Source: Desulfobacterales bacterium (lineage in GTDB: Bacteria; Desulfobacterota; Desulfobacteria; Desulfobacterales; UBA5852). From it: 64,000 nt of DNA. The stretch spans positions 2,432,001 through 2,496,000 of the forward strand of contig CAXXVS010000003.1 of the NCBI GenBank assembly GCA_963674755.2. The letters run 5' to 3'. The notes below the pieces were generated by a model that saw only the letters and a list, made by a program, of their open reading frames with translations, was not told the DNA's origin and searched no databases. Within the stretch, counting starts at the first letter, position 1, and each line of letters starts with the position of its first letter. The translations under genes were made by a program, and so were the position numbers. Shown in pieces: positions 21,590 through 31,427 of this stretch.

Positions 21590-22675
21590 ATGGCCGAAGG
21601 ATACCTTCAGCACAGCTTATTGCAGCGAACCCGGCATTTGCTGATGCGCCACGGCCGGGCCGCCACCTGCTGGCAGATCCTGCACCCGGACTTGTCCCTG
21701 TGGTTCCCGGTGCAGGGCGACGGGGTTGTCGGGTTTGCCCGTTATGGCCGGACCCGCATTGCGGCCGGGGAGCCGGTGTGTGCCGTGGAACGCCTGGTCG
21801 CCCTCAGTCGGGAATTCGAGCAGGACGCCGTGCAGTCCGGGGAAGGGGTCTGCTACCTGGCGGCCGAGGGAAGCCTGGTGGAACGCTTGGAGAGGGACGG
21901 GCGCCACCAGGTGCTGCCCATCGGCGCCCAGCCGGTCTGGGAGCCGGCCGTGCTGGCCGCCTGTTTCGACGACAAGGCCACGCTGCGCTATCAGGTCAAC
22001 CGGGCCCGCAACAAGGGGCTGCGGATCGAGGAGTGGCCTGCGGAGCGGTTTGACCATCCGGATCTGCCGCGCTGTCTGGCGCGCTGGCTGGCCTCCAAGC
22101 CCCTGCCGCCCCTGGGGTTCATGACCGACCCCTATCTCCTGTCCCGCATGGACGGCCGCCGACTCCTAGTGGCCGAGGTCGACGGCGCGCCGGTGGGGTA
22201 TACCGTATTGTCCCCGGTGCCGGCACGCCAAGGCTGGCTGGTGGAGCAGATCGTGCGCTGCGACGGCGCCCCCAACGGGACGGCCGAAAGCCTGGTGGCG
22301 GCCGCGGCCCGTAGCGCGGCGGATACCGGCGGCCGCTTCATTACCCTGGGAACATCGCCCCTGTCCCGCCGGGGCCGACGTCTTTCCCGCCGCCATCCCT
22401 TCTGGCTGCGGGCCGGCATGGCCTGGATGCGGGCCCATGGGAGCCGATTCTACAATTTCCGGGGGCTGGAGCATTTCAAAGGCAAGTTCGGACCCCAGAC
22501 CTGGGAGCCGGTCTACGCCGTGGTTGCCGATCCGCGCCTGCGGCCGGCTGCTTTGTATGCGGTCATGGGCGCCTTCACCGGGCGCTCCCCCCTCCTGGCA
22601 GGCCTCCAGGCTGTCGGGACGGGTGCGATGGTGGAAATGCAGCGACTGGCCCGGCGTATGGGCTGGAAGGGTTGA
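21590..22675 (+). CDS. Stand-alone DUF2156 / aminoacyl-phosphatidylglycerol synthase (MprF C-terminal-like) domain protein
   Basis: AAGEPVC, APNGTAESLV, FYNFRGLEHFKGKFGP.WEPVY motifs; no flippase TM domain. Confidence 0.75.
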   Translation: MAEGYLQHSLLQRTRHLLMRHGRAATCWQILHPDLSLWFPVQGDGVVGFARYGRTRIAAGEPVCAVERLVALSREFEQDAVQSGEGVCYLAAEGSLVERLERDGRHQVLPIGAQPVWEPAVLAACFDDKATLRYQVNRARNKGLRIEEWPAERFDHPDLPRCLARWLASKPLPPLGFMTDPYLLSRMDGRRLLVAEVDGAPVGYTVLSPVPARQGWLVEQIVRCDGAPNGTAESLVAAAARSAADTGGRFITLGTSPLSRRGRRLSRRHPFWLRAGMAWMRAHGSRFYNFRGLEHFKGKFGPQTWEPVYAVVADPRLRPAALYAVMGAFTGRSPLLAGLQAVGTGAMVEMQRLARRMGWKG

Positions 22676-22884
22676 GGACCCGCACAACCTCGCCGCGAAA
22701 AAAAATCTATCCGATTGTGTTCTATCGACTGCAATCGTAATCTTCTATAAAGCGTTGTTATCTGGCCAGGAAAAGTTGAAACGATCGATGATGGAAACGA
22801 CTTTAAAAGAGAGTTTGAAGAGATAACGCTACCTGATACTTAAATTCCAATGGAAGGCGAACATAATACTGGTACGGTGTAAAT

Positions 22885-23862
22885 ATGAAATCTAATAAAT
22901 TGACATACCCGGAGATTATTATCATTGGCGGGATAGAGCACAGCGGCAAAAGGAATATGTCAAAGGGACAGATTCTTATCCCTTACACTGATGCACCAAA
23001 TGTTTGCGTTGGTGATGTTGTCGTCAAAAAATCTGACAAAAAGGATACATACTTAAAGGTCACGGGCATTTCTTTTATCGAAGACGGTTCTTTTGGGATT
23101 GGCACTGATCATCCCCATCTGCTCGCGTTAAAGGTCGCAAACACAAGTACCCAACCTCAGGCGCTAAAAAATACATCATCGACTGCCGAGGTCAGTTCTG
23201 TACCTGGCGAAGAAAATATAGACAGCCAAAAAAGAACAAAGATTAAAACAATAAGTATGCAGCACTTTATGAAGCATGTTGTCAAGAACTGGGGCGAGGA
23301 GCCAACATCGACTGAAAAACCCCTTGTGCAGGATGCCTCTGTCGTTAGAGTGCCCAGTGAGGAAACGTCTGCGATGTCAAGCACCGACAAAAGACTTTGC
23401 GCGCCTACTGGCAAGGCGGGCACAGCAAGAACGAAAACGGAGGTCAGGGTACTAAAATCTGAAAGCGAATTGAAAGCCTTGGCCCCCATTATTTCGCAGC
23501 TCAGACCACATTTTGACTTAAATGAATTGGTTGCCCGCATAAAGATTCAGCGAAAAAGGGGCTATAAGCTGGCATACGTTGTTTCCGGCGAAAAGGTATT
23601 ATGTGTCGCGGGCTTTGTGACAGGCTATAAATTAGCCTGGGGAAAGCATATCTACATAGACGATCTGGTAACTAGCGAAGAACATCATTCAGCAGACGCG
23701 GGAAAGATTCTGATGGAATGGTTCAAGACTTACGCAAAGGAAAACGGCTACGAAACAATTCACCTGGATGCTTCCGTTTTAGGGTTCTCTTCGCATAAAT
23801 TTTACCTTGAAAGTGGCTTCCATATTGATAGTCATCACTTTTCTATAAATTTAATCGACTGA
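22885..23862 (+). CDS. Hypothetical N-terminal domain fused to GNAT acetyltransferase
   Basis: AT-rich ORF; C-terminal QLRPH...WGKHIYIDDLVT...IHLDAS...HKFY GNAT. Confidence 0.7.
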   Translation: MKSNKLTYPEIIIIGGIEHSGKRNMSKGQILIPYTDAPNVCVGDVVVKKSDKKDTYLKVTGISFIEDGSFGIGTDHPHLLALKVANTSTQPQALKNTSSTAEVSSVPGEENIDSQKRTKIKTISMQHFMKHVVKNWGEEPTSTEKPLVQDASVVRVPSEETSAMSSTDKRLCAPTGKAGTARTKTEVRVLKSESELKALAPIISQLRPHFDLNELVARIKIQRKRGYKLAYVVSGEKVLCVAGFVTGYKLAWGKHIYIDDLVTSEEHHSADAGKILMEWFKTYAKENGYETIHLDASVLGFSSHKFYLESGFHIDSHHFSINLID

Positions 23863-23907
23863 TTTCGCCCCGTCGTGATATTGCCAACCGGCCGCCCCTT
23901 ATAAATT

Positions 23908-23967
23908 ATCTGTCCAGGTAAATTCAACCGACACAAAAAATCGCGCGGCTGATTTGCAACGTTAACC
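23908..23967 (+). other. Degenerate orphan attC-like site
   Basis: AAATTCAACCG...CGGCTGATTTGCAAC-GTTAACC hairpin ending in a GTT core; R'' AAC end not intact. Confidence 0.4.
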
Positions 23968-24078
23968 TGAAAGGAAAAAATGAAAGTTTCAATCTTGAAT
24001 AATACCGCATTTCAGAGGAGTAAATGATGAAAACAGAAGGGCTATCCTTTCTGTTCAGCGGCCTATGAACCACGCGTC

Positions 24079-24510
24079 ATGTCATCGCACTTTCGGGGAA
24101 GCATGAAATTACGCAATCACGTGAAGTTGTTGATATACGTCACCCTGGCATGGTTTTTATTCTGGGTTGCCGGGCTGCCGGATTACTATCAGCAGTATTC
24201 AACCGTAACCATGATCATTTTTGATGTGGCTGTTTTGCCGCCGATATGGTTCGTTATCTATAAAAGCGTCAGAAAGGCAAGGCCGGGCAGAGCCTTCCTG
24301 GCCTCCTTGTGGTGGGCGTTCTACATCACGATACCGCTGTTCATCTATGATCTTGTGTATGCCGGCCTCTGTCTCGGATACGGCTTAAGCTTCCTGTGGA
24401 AATTTTGGTATCTGACGGTCTACTATGTGTTGCCTTGGTTGTTTTTCCCTCCGACGGGATGGTTTGTAGATAAACGGCACCATACAACCGCAAACCGGAT
24501 CGATCCTTAA
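24079..24510 (+). CDS. Hypothetical membrane protein
   Basis: About 4 hydrophobic segments; start may be 24103. Confidence 0.65.
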   Translation: MSSHFRGSMKLRNHVKLLIYVTLAWFLFWVAGLPDYYQQYSTVTMIIFDVAVLPPIWFVIYKSVRKARPGRAFLASLWWAFYITIPLFIYDLVYAGLCLGYGLSFLWKFWYLTVYYVLPWLFFPPTGWFVDKRHHTTANRIDP

Positions 24511-24544
24511 CGGGCGGCCCGAAACCACCTCCCCTTAATGACGC

Positions 24545-25888
24545 TCAGGGAACATTCCCAAGGGTTTCAATGAGCCGTTGAAATTCGGGATGGGTCTGTA
24601 AAAGCTCGCGGCCGGCGATCTGCAATTGGTCCACTTCTTCCGTGCTCAATGTGAAATTGGTGGGGATCTGGTTGAAAAACAATCGGCGGTCGCTATCCGC
24701 GATCTGATTGAAATCGACCGTAATAAAGTAGGACGCGATGGGCGCATCCGCTGTCGCCAGCTCCGATGTCCAGCGCTGGATGCTGTTCTGGAGCAGTTCC
24801 AAGGTGGCCGCATTGGTGCGGTGAAGCGGAATGTCGGTTACGGCGTTGACGATATCCTCCATCGCCGGTTCTCGGTTTGACATCTCCATTTCGTACAGCG
24901 GTGTGGTCGAGGCATTGACCGCGATCACGATGAAATAGGGTTTGGGTCGTTCTCCAAGGTGCTCCAACAGCTTTTTCGCACCGCCTGCGGCCTCGGTCAT
25001 TTCATAAATCGACAGCAGCCCCAGATTATCGGTGATGCCCCCGTCCACCAGATGGATATATTGGCGCTGATCCTTGATATCATAGCTCTGCAGCCCGCTG
25101 ACGATTTGTGACAGCTGGGGGGAGCGGATATTATCTTCGGCGGCCGCGAACATGCTCCGGGGGGAAGGCCGGCATCCGGGATGATTTTTCAATACGACCG
25201 GATTGAAGATGACCGGCACCGCCGAAGAGGCGGCCACGGCCCTGGATATGGGGAAGGTTGAGAGATCGGAACACAGGAGATCGAAATAGTCCTGTAAAAA
25301 AGAAAACCGCACGCCCCGTCCAAGATCAGTGGCGTTGATGATGATGAGCGGTCCGTTCCGGCGTTTCAGATCGGCGAACGTTGCCCCGTGGAAAATATAG
25401 TCATCATAGATATCGATCGCCATTTCGGTCCGGCCCCGGGAGGAGAACCACAGGGACGGGTCGAGAAATCCATCGATCAGGTGTTCGGACAGGTCGCGCC
25501 GCAGGAAATCATTTTCAAAACGGTTGAACATCTTGTCGCCGTGCAAGCCGAAATAGGCCGCGGTAAAGCTGCCGCCTGATACGGCACTGATGGCATCGAT
25601 TTCATCGAGCAGGCGTATCGGTTGTCCGTCGATTGTAACCGTTGTATCGCGCAAGCCTTGCAGCACGCCACAGGCCAGGGCCGCGGCCCGGGTGCCACCG
25701 CCCGAGAAAGCCAGTATGAGGGTGATGCGGTTGGGGTCCCGGGCATGAACGGCATCGCGCAACGCGTAGGCTTCCGCAGGAGACGGGCCGGTATAGGGCG
25801 TGTTGTCAATTTTTCCGTAAGTAGCGCAGGCCCAGAGAAACAAGGGCATCAATGCCATCGAAGCGGCCGTGCGCAAATAGCGGGGCAT
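24545..25888 (-). CDS. Patatin-like phospholipase, probable lipoprotein
   Basis: LAFSGGGTRA, AVSGGS nucleophile motif, DGG motif; LWAC lipobox. Confidence 0.88.
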   Translation of the reverse strand: MPRYLRTAASMALMPLFLWACATYGKIDNTPYTGPSPAEAYALRDAVHARDPNRITLILAFSGGGTRAAALACGVLQGLRDTTVTIDGQPIRLLDEIDAISAVSGGSFTAAYFGLHGDKMFNRFENDFLRRDLSEHLIDGFLDPSLWFSSRGRTEMAIDIYDDYIFHGATFADLKRRNGPLIIINATDLGRGVRFSFLQDYFDLLCSDLSTFPISRAVAASSAVPVIFNPVVLKNHPGCRPSPRSMFAAAEDNIRSPQLSQIVSGLQSYDIKDQRQYIHLVDGGITDNLGLLSIYEMTEAAGGAKKLLEHLGERPKPYFIVIAVNASTTPLYEMEMSNREPAMEDIVNAVTDIPLHRTNAATLELLQNSIQRWTSELATADAPIASYFITVDFNQIADSDRRLFFNQIPTNFTLSTEEVDQLQIAGRELLQTHPEFQRLIETLGNVP

Positions 25889-26405
25889 ACCATAATCCTC
25901 CCAAGAGCGTGTGAACGCTGGTCTTTACTAATGTCGCCGGATAGGCCCCGGCATTATTCGAGGGCAGGGCTTGCTAAACGGCCGGTTACAGTTTCGGGGG
26001 ATGATCCTACCACATCGCGTCTCTTTCGAAAAATCACCTCTTTGGTTGACCAGGGAATGCAAGACCGGTAGATCAATGGCACGGGACCCCGGACGGTAAT
26101 CTATCGGTACCCATAAGCGGGAAGTCTTGTTGGTCGAAGCATGTTGCCATAGGCCGTGTGGGTTATATCGCGAAGGTTGGCGAGGCGCTGAAAATTCCGG
26201 CCAGTGTGCGCCAAATCCGTAAGGTTGCCGCAATGAATGGGATGTATTGGAAAGGCTGTTTAAGTCCAGAGATGATGCCATCGCATGGCTAACTGGATAG
26301 CGGGATAGGGCCATACTCCATAGAGACTATGGGCACCGACAAAGCATGCCCTAGCGGGATCGGGTCCCAGCATTTAACAGAAATCCTGCTTCAAATAACT
26401 TTAAT

Positions 26406-26484
26406 GGGGGCAGGTTTCAACTATTGACAGAAATTCAACTTTAAATGCATTGCAAATTGTCAAATGTTGAGACTTTGGGCCCCC
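26406..26484. repeat. REP-like palindrome (second family)
   Basis: GGGGGCAGGTTTCAACTATTGACA ... TGTCAAATGTTGAGACTTTGGGCCCCC; a related arm occurs at 63975-63997. Confidence 0.55.
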
Positions 26485-26531
26485 TGCCGATTTTCTTCTT
26501 AAAATAGTGCCAGAACTTTGCATGGAAATGA

Positions 26532-27430
26532 ATGCGCTATTTCCTCATTACATATCAGATACCGTTGATGTTTATCGCCGGGTTTATCGGGTTCTGCATT
26601 CTGATATGGGCTTACTGGTCGATAGCCGCCTGGATATCGACGCGTCTGGGACCGCGCTGCAAAGCACGCTCCGCACTATCGACCGTCGCCGTCTTTGCCG
26701 CCGCCATCAGTCTTTTTCTAATGTTGCACTACGTTCCCGACTACTTCAATGACGGTCGTATAACGAAGATATACATCCTACGGAAAGCCGCGGCCCGGCG
26801 GCTGGTGGTATGGTTTACCAGAGAAGATAACCCGGCCGGCATGGCCGGCGTCTACTCGCAGCGCATCAAAAGTTTCGACCTGGATACGGGAAGGCTGCAG
26901 GGCCGTTTGACCCTCGCGCGTCGCCACACATTTAACGATTATCGTATTTTCGGGCCGTGTGGCCCATTTGCCTGGGGCTGTTCGGCCCGGCATGGCATCG
27001 CCTACCTTAACCTGTTCGAGACCAAGGTGATTGCCGATGAACAGGGAATTCTGAAACGCAACCCTGTTTTAGGCGATCGCGTCCGGTTGGTATCCGGGCC
27101 GTATGACAGGCAATTCGATCCGGTGACTTGCGGCATATGTGTTTTTACGCGCGAATCTGGGTGCCGCATAAAAGTGCCCTGCTGGGTGAGTATGCCCTGC
27201 TGCTGTCCTATGTGAATTCTGATGGTACAACGCTCAAGACCATTAATGTCAGCGAACTTGTTCCGGGCGAGGCCTTGAACATCATAGGGACGGTTTGTTC
27301 CGGAGGGGAAATCCTGATTCTTGTCGGTGCCGGTCATAGCTCCCGGATCACTATCCTGGGATTTTCATTGTCGGTCCTGCATACCGATGCCCGAACAGGA
27401 GATCTGATACGAATGCAAACCCTGTTTTAA
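26532..27430 (+). pseudogene. Membrane-anchored hypothetical protein, probably frameshifted or internally deleted
   Basis: ORF 26532-27215 ends in an implausible Cys-rich tail while the overlapping frame (to 27430) continues with protein-like sequence. Confidence 0.4.
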
Positions 27431-27730
27431 ACCCGGGCCAATGTGAAGCGGCTCCCGGCATTATTCTGGCCGGTGGGGCACCCCTCGATCCCGGGGATAG
27501 GACACCGTCCACTATGGAGAAGCGCGTGCGCCTTGTTCTTGGGGGCCGGTGGGGATTTAGAAACCGCATCCAATAGTGCGGTGGCGGTTTCCGTCATTTT
27601 GCTGCGATCGCCAAACGTTATGAACCAATTTCCCTCATTCGGGTACTGAGGATCAGACGGCACGTGTTGGGGCGGTGGGTCAATCCCCCTTCAAGGCTTG
27701 CGATAACAGGTTTATTCCGGGGAGGGTTTG

Positions 27731-29476
27731 ATGAAACGAATTTCGGTGGTGCTGCAAGGCCTTCTTATTTTAATCGTGGCGCTGATGCCCGTATCTACCC
27801 GGGCAGCCTCCAAACCCGGGCTGCCATCCGCAGCCAAGACTCCGGCGGCGGTGTCCAAACCTTCCGTCCAGCCGGCAACGGTGCCGGTGCCGGGCAAGGC
27901 CCAGGCACCGAAGGCCGCCCTGCCCGATCTGGTGGTCACGGACATCGCTTTGGATGACGCCTGCCAGCTTAAGGTCACCGTCAGGAACGCCGGACAGGGC
28001 ATGGTCAAACCGCAGGAGTTTCAACGGCTGAGAATCAAAGTCACCTATGCGGGGGCAAAGTCCGCCGAACTGTTCGTGTCCAAGCTGTCGCGAGGGGCCG
28101 CGGCTCTTAGGCCGGGTACCGAGGCCACCCTCGCCACGGCCATTCACTTGGTCAAGAGCGGACTGGTCACGGCCGAGTTCGACAGCCGGCAGGCGGTCGC
28201 TGAATCCGATGAAAAAAACAACCAAATGCGCAAGGTGCTCAATCCGCGTTGCACAACGGCAACCCGGAAAATCAGGCCCATACCGCCCCAAGGGGTAGAC
28301 AAGACCGTGAAGCCAAAAGACAATCGGCCGCTGGCTTTCACTAATATGGCGGGTCGCAGGAAAGGTGAGGTCAACTTAATCCTTGCAAACCACGGCATTT
28401 CCGTACAGCAGCCCATGGGGGACAGGGTTTATCCCCAAGGCAGCGTGGTGCAGATTGCCTGGTCGGACTCCAGGCCGGCGGACGATGTCCACAGCGAACG
28501 GGGGAATTTTATTTTCAACATCCGCCGGCATGGTGATGCCGGTGAGGACGCCTGTTTCTGGTGTGGTCGTGAGGTGGGCCGGGGCGCCGTCGCCGAGCCT
28601 GCCATCAGCGCCCGTATTCCCGATGATATACCGAACGGGCGGGATTATTACCTGCGCGTCTATTCCACGGACAACCCTGAAGTTTACGGGGACAGCGCTT
28701 CTTTCCGCATCGGTCCGAGGGGGGCGGAAGCCGTTGTCGATCTCCATGACCCGCCGCCCTGTCCGGACTGGGTGGACGATAGGTACTGCCATGCCAACTC
28801 GTGGTATCGCGTGGGGCAACCCCTTGGCTTCACGCTGAGGGGCTCGGTGGATGGGGCGGTCATCGAAGAAATCATCCGCGCGCGGATTGAGCCGATCTAC
28901 CGCCCTTTTCCTGCTACACCGATGTTTTTGCGGGAGGTGGTCAACTTTACGTCCGCTGAATTCAGCTGGACACCATCGCTGCGGATGACGACGAGAGAGG
29001 ATTATCACATCGTGGTCGAGTACCGGATGCAGCATGATCGTGCCGATGCAAACAGGGTCGCCTATTCCGAGCGCATCCGCTTGAATCCGCCCTGGTCGGA
29101 ACCGGACACCACGGGCGATAACCAGATTGTTATTCGATACCCGGAGGACGGCGACACCATTTACACCGGTTCGCACTCGGAACTGATGGTCCAGTGGCGC
29201 TGCGAGCGGTGCGCCGATATCGACGATCTCTCCTATACCAAGGTATTGCTTAAAGGTGGCGAAGAACTGCAACGTATCGGCCCCACCCATTCCGGCGGCG
29301 ATCGCTCTCCCACGGGCCGGTTCAACATTTATGGGTGCCTGAGCGGATCGGACTACCAGGTCAGGATCGAGCTCAACCGGTGGAACTATGATACCGAGAG
29401 GCCGGAAATGATCGCTTCGGATACGACGGAGAATTTTACCATTATGAATAATACCATGGGAGGGGCTTCCGAGTGA
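27731..29476 (+). CDS. Secreted protein with CARDB-like and Ig-like domains
   Basis: Signal peptide, Pro/Ala/Lys linker, LPDLVVTDI...VRNAG...VAESDEKNN CARDB signature. Confidence 0.75.
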   Translation: MKRISVVLQGLLILIVALMPVSTRAASKPGLPSAAKTPAAVSKPSVQPATVPVPGKAQAPKAALPDLVVTDIALDDACQLKVTVRNAGQGMVKPQEFQRLRIKVTYAGAKSAELFVSKLSRGAAALRPGTEATLATAIHLVKSGLVTAEFDSRQAVAESDEKNNQMRKVLNPRCTTATRKIRPIPPQGVDKTVKPKDNRPLAFTNMAGRRKGEVNLILANHGISVQQPMGDRVYPQGSVVQIAWSDSRPADDVHSERGNFIFNIRRHGDAGEDACFWCGREVGRGAVAEPAISARIPDDIPNGRDYYLRVYSTDNPEVYGDSASFRIGPRGAEAVVDLHDPPPCPDWVDDRYCHANSWYRVGQPLGFTLRGSVDGAVIEEIIRARIEPIYRPFPATPMFLREVVNFTSAEFSWTPSLRMTTREDYHIVVEYRMQHDRADANRVAYSERIRLNPPWSEPDTTGDNQIVIRYPEDGDTIYTGSHSELMVQWRCERCADIDDLSYTKVLLKGGEELQRIGPTHSGGDRSPTGRFNIYGCLSGSDYQVRIELNRWNYDTERPEMIASDTTENFTIMNNTMGGASE

Positions 29477-29629
29477 CGCACCGCCCGTTGCAGGAGGGTG
29501 TGTCCTGAGAGTGCTTTAAACAGCGGCAAGGCGGTGGGGCTTATCCTATTGGCATTGGCGCAGTCAAGTGGTCCCCCAAATCCAGGACAATCATGTCATC
29601 ATGGCGCTGGTTAGGATGGGGAAGAGAAA

Positions 29630-30139
29630 GTGAACAGGATTTTATGGGCAACGCTGCTCTCGCTTCTTTCATTGGGCTGTTGTGGGCCGGCGACCCAGAG
29701 CAAGGCGCAATTATCCTATGGCGGCCATCTGTTTGCCATCCCGGCCAATGCCTCGGCTATTCTGAGCACGGGGGACGAAGAGAATATTCTGATTTTCCGG
29801 TATGGGGCGGATAAAGGAAAGCGATACCTGGGATTTTCCGATATGGCGGCCGATCGATCGCTGGATTGGGGGTGCCCGCTGCCCGTCTTTTGGGCGGCTG
29901 TTTTTGAGGATGGGGCCGATGCCGGCTGCAACAAGGAACAAATAGATGCCTTCCATAAAGGGTTTGTGGAAACGCAGGAGACCGGCGTATGGTCAGGTGA
30001 AAATATGACGGTTTACTACAGCATTGGTGCTGAACACTCATTTTTGTTTGTGTTGGATAAAGCGGGTAAGGCGCTTAAAATTGACACTGATTTTTTAACT
30101 AAAAAGGAACTTCAGGATTTGGTGGGCGGTGCGTTGTAA
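29630..30139 (+). CDS. Hypothetical lipoprotein
   Basis: LSLGC lipobox-like signal; 169 aa. Confidence 0.6.
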   Translation: MNRILWATLLSLLSLGCCGPATQSKAQLSYGGHLFAIPANASAILSTGDEENILIFRYGADKGKRYLGFSDMAADRSLDWGCPLPVFWAAVFEDGADAGCNKEQIDAFHKGFVETQETGVWSGENMTVYYSIGAEHSFLFVLDKAGKALKIDTDFLTKKELQDLVGGAL

Positions 30140-30167
30140 TGCAGGAACGCCTGGCTCGCGGGGCACG

Positions 30168-30590
30168 ATGAATCATCTCACCATTCAATCCCAGGTTGAC
30201 GCCGGTCTTGACGGCATCGTGACGTACTTGTTCGTCGACGGCCAACGGCTGGTGGATTTCAAGAAGCGTTCGTTGTCCGTCGACCTGAACGCATTGGAGC
30301 AGTCCGTTCGCCACGCGGGCGATTTCTATATCGTAACCTGCATCTGCGGCTATCCAAGCTGTGGCCGTATCAAGCAGGGAATCCAGGTCAGCCACACCCA
30401 AAGGGGCATTGGCTGGATCGTTCATGGTTTTGGAACGACAAAAACATTTTTATTCGCGCCTGGGGAATACCGCGCTGAGGTCTATCGCGGCATCCGGGAA
30501 TTAAAGCAATTGATGGCTCGCCACGATTTGGATGTCGCGCCGGAAATCAATAAATTCATATACGGGGGCAAGCAGGCGCCGCAATCTTAA
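30168..30590 (+). CDS. Hypothetical protein with CxCxxxxC motif
   Basis: YIVTCICGYPSCG; start at ATG 30168 inferred. Confidence 0.55.
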   Translation: MNHLTIQSQVDAGLDGIVTYLFVDGQRLVDFKKRSLSVDLNALEQSVRHAGDFYIVTCICGYPSCGRIKQGIQVSHTQRGIGWIVHGFGTTKTFLFAPGEYRAEVYRGIRELKQLMARHDLDVAPEINKFIYGGKQAPQS

Positions 30591-30701
30591 AACAGTGTCT
30601 GGATAGGGCAGCAAACAATAGGCGGCACACATAACAGCGGACCGGTTTGGGCAGGCCGCACTTCTTTTTTGTAGAAACCTTGGTGCCCTCTTACGATCTG
30701 G

Positions 30702-31343
30702 TTGAATACCAACGAGGCGGGATACGGGAAAGCAGATAAACTTGCATTTCACGACATCTCGGCGGAAAGGGTGAATCTGAATATGAATCGCAGCGCCGGC
30801 CAAAAATCCACCATCGATCCATCGCCAGGCATAGAGACAAACGATGCTCTTCGGAAAACATTTTGCCCTTGGCACAACTGCTTTTCAGACCATTGGCCCC
30901 TGCGATCAGGCCGGTTCAGGCACGCCATACGAATCGTCCTTTTGACCGTCTTATGCCTATGGCCGGCCCTTTGTTTTGCCGGAACGGATGGCCTCAAGTT
31001 AATCGTTCCCGGACAGTATATCCTGATCGGCAAGGCGCTGGACTCGGAAGCGACTTTCAGCGGTAAAGTCGTGATTGAGGAATCCGGCGACGGATTTACG
31101 GTGAAACGTACGGTGGATGGCAGGGACATCGTTGGCCACGGTGCGATCGAGACGGCGCTGAATGGGGATGCCGAGGTACTGCGCATCCGGTTTCGCGACA
31201 ACGGCCTGGATTATGAGGAAACCTGCATGGTGGGCTCCGATCTCGACAACTATGCCCGGATCAGCTGCTATCTCTACCGTCCGGGTACCCATACGACGAA
31301 CCCCGGCCTGGAGGTGCTATTCCATGATCATGCGGCACCGTAA
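30702..31343 (+). CDS. Hypothetical exported protein (start uncertain, probably further downstream)
   Basis: Hydrophobic signal-like segment IVLLTVLCLWPALCFA followed by a beta-rich domain. Confidence 0.5.
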   Translation: MNTNEAGYGKADKLAFHDISAERVNLNMNRSAGQKSTIDPSPGIETNDALRKTFCPWHNCFSDHWPLRSGRFRHAIRIVLLTVLCLWPALCFAGTDGLKLIVPGQYILIGKALDSEATFSGKVVIEESGDGFTVKRTVDGRDIVGHGAIETALNGDAEVLRIRFRDNGLDYEETCMVGSDLDNYARISCYLYRPGTHTTNPGLEVLFHDHAAP

Positions 31344-31427
31344 AACCTGCGTCAACCTGCTCAACGACATGGAGCACAGTATTTCCTACATGGCCTCAAC
31401 AGCTTAGCGTGTATCGCAAAGCACTTC

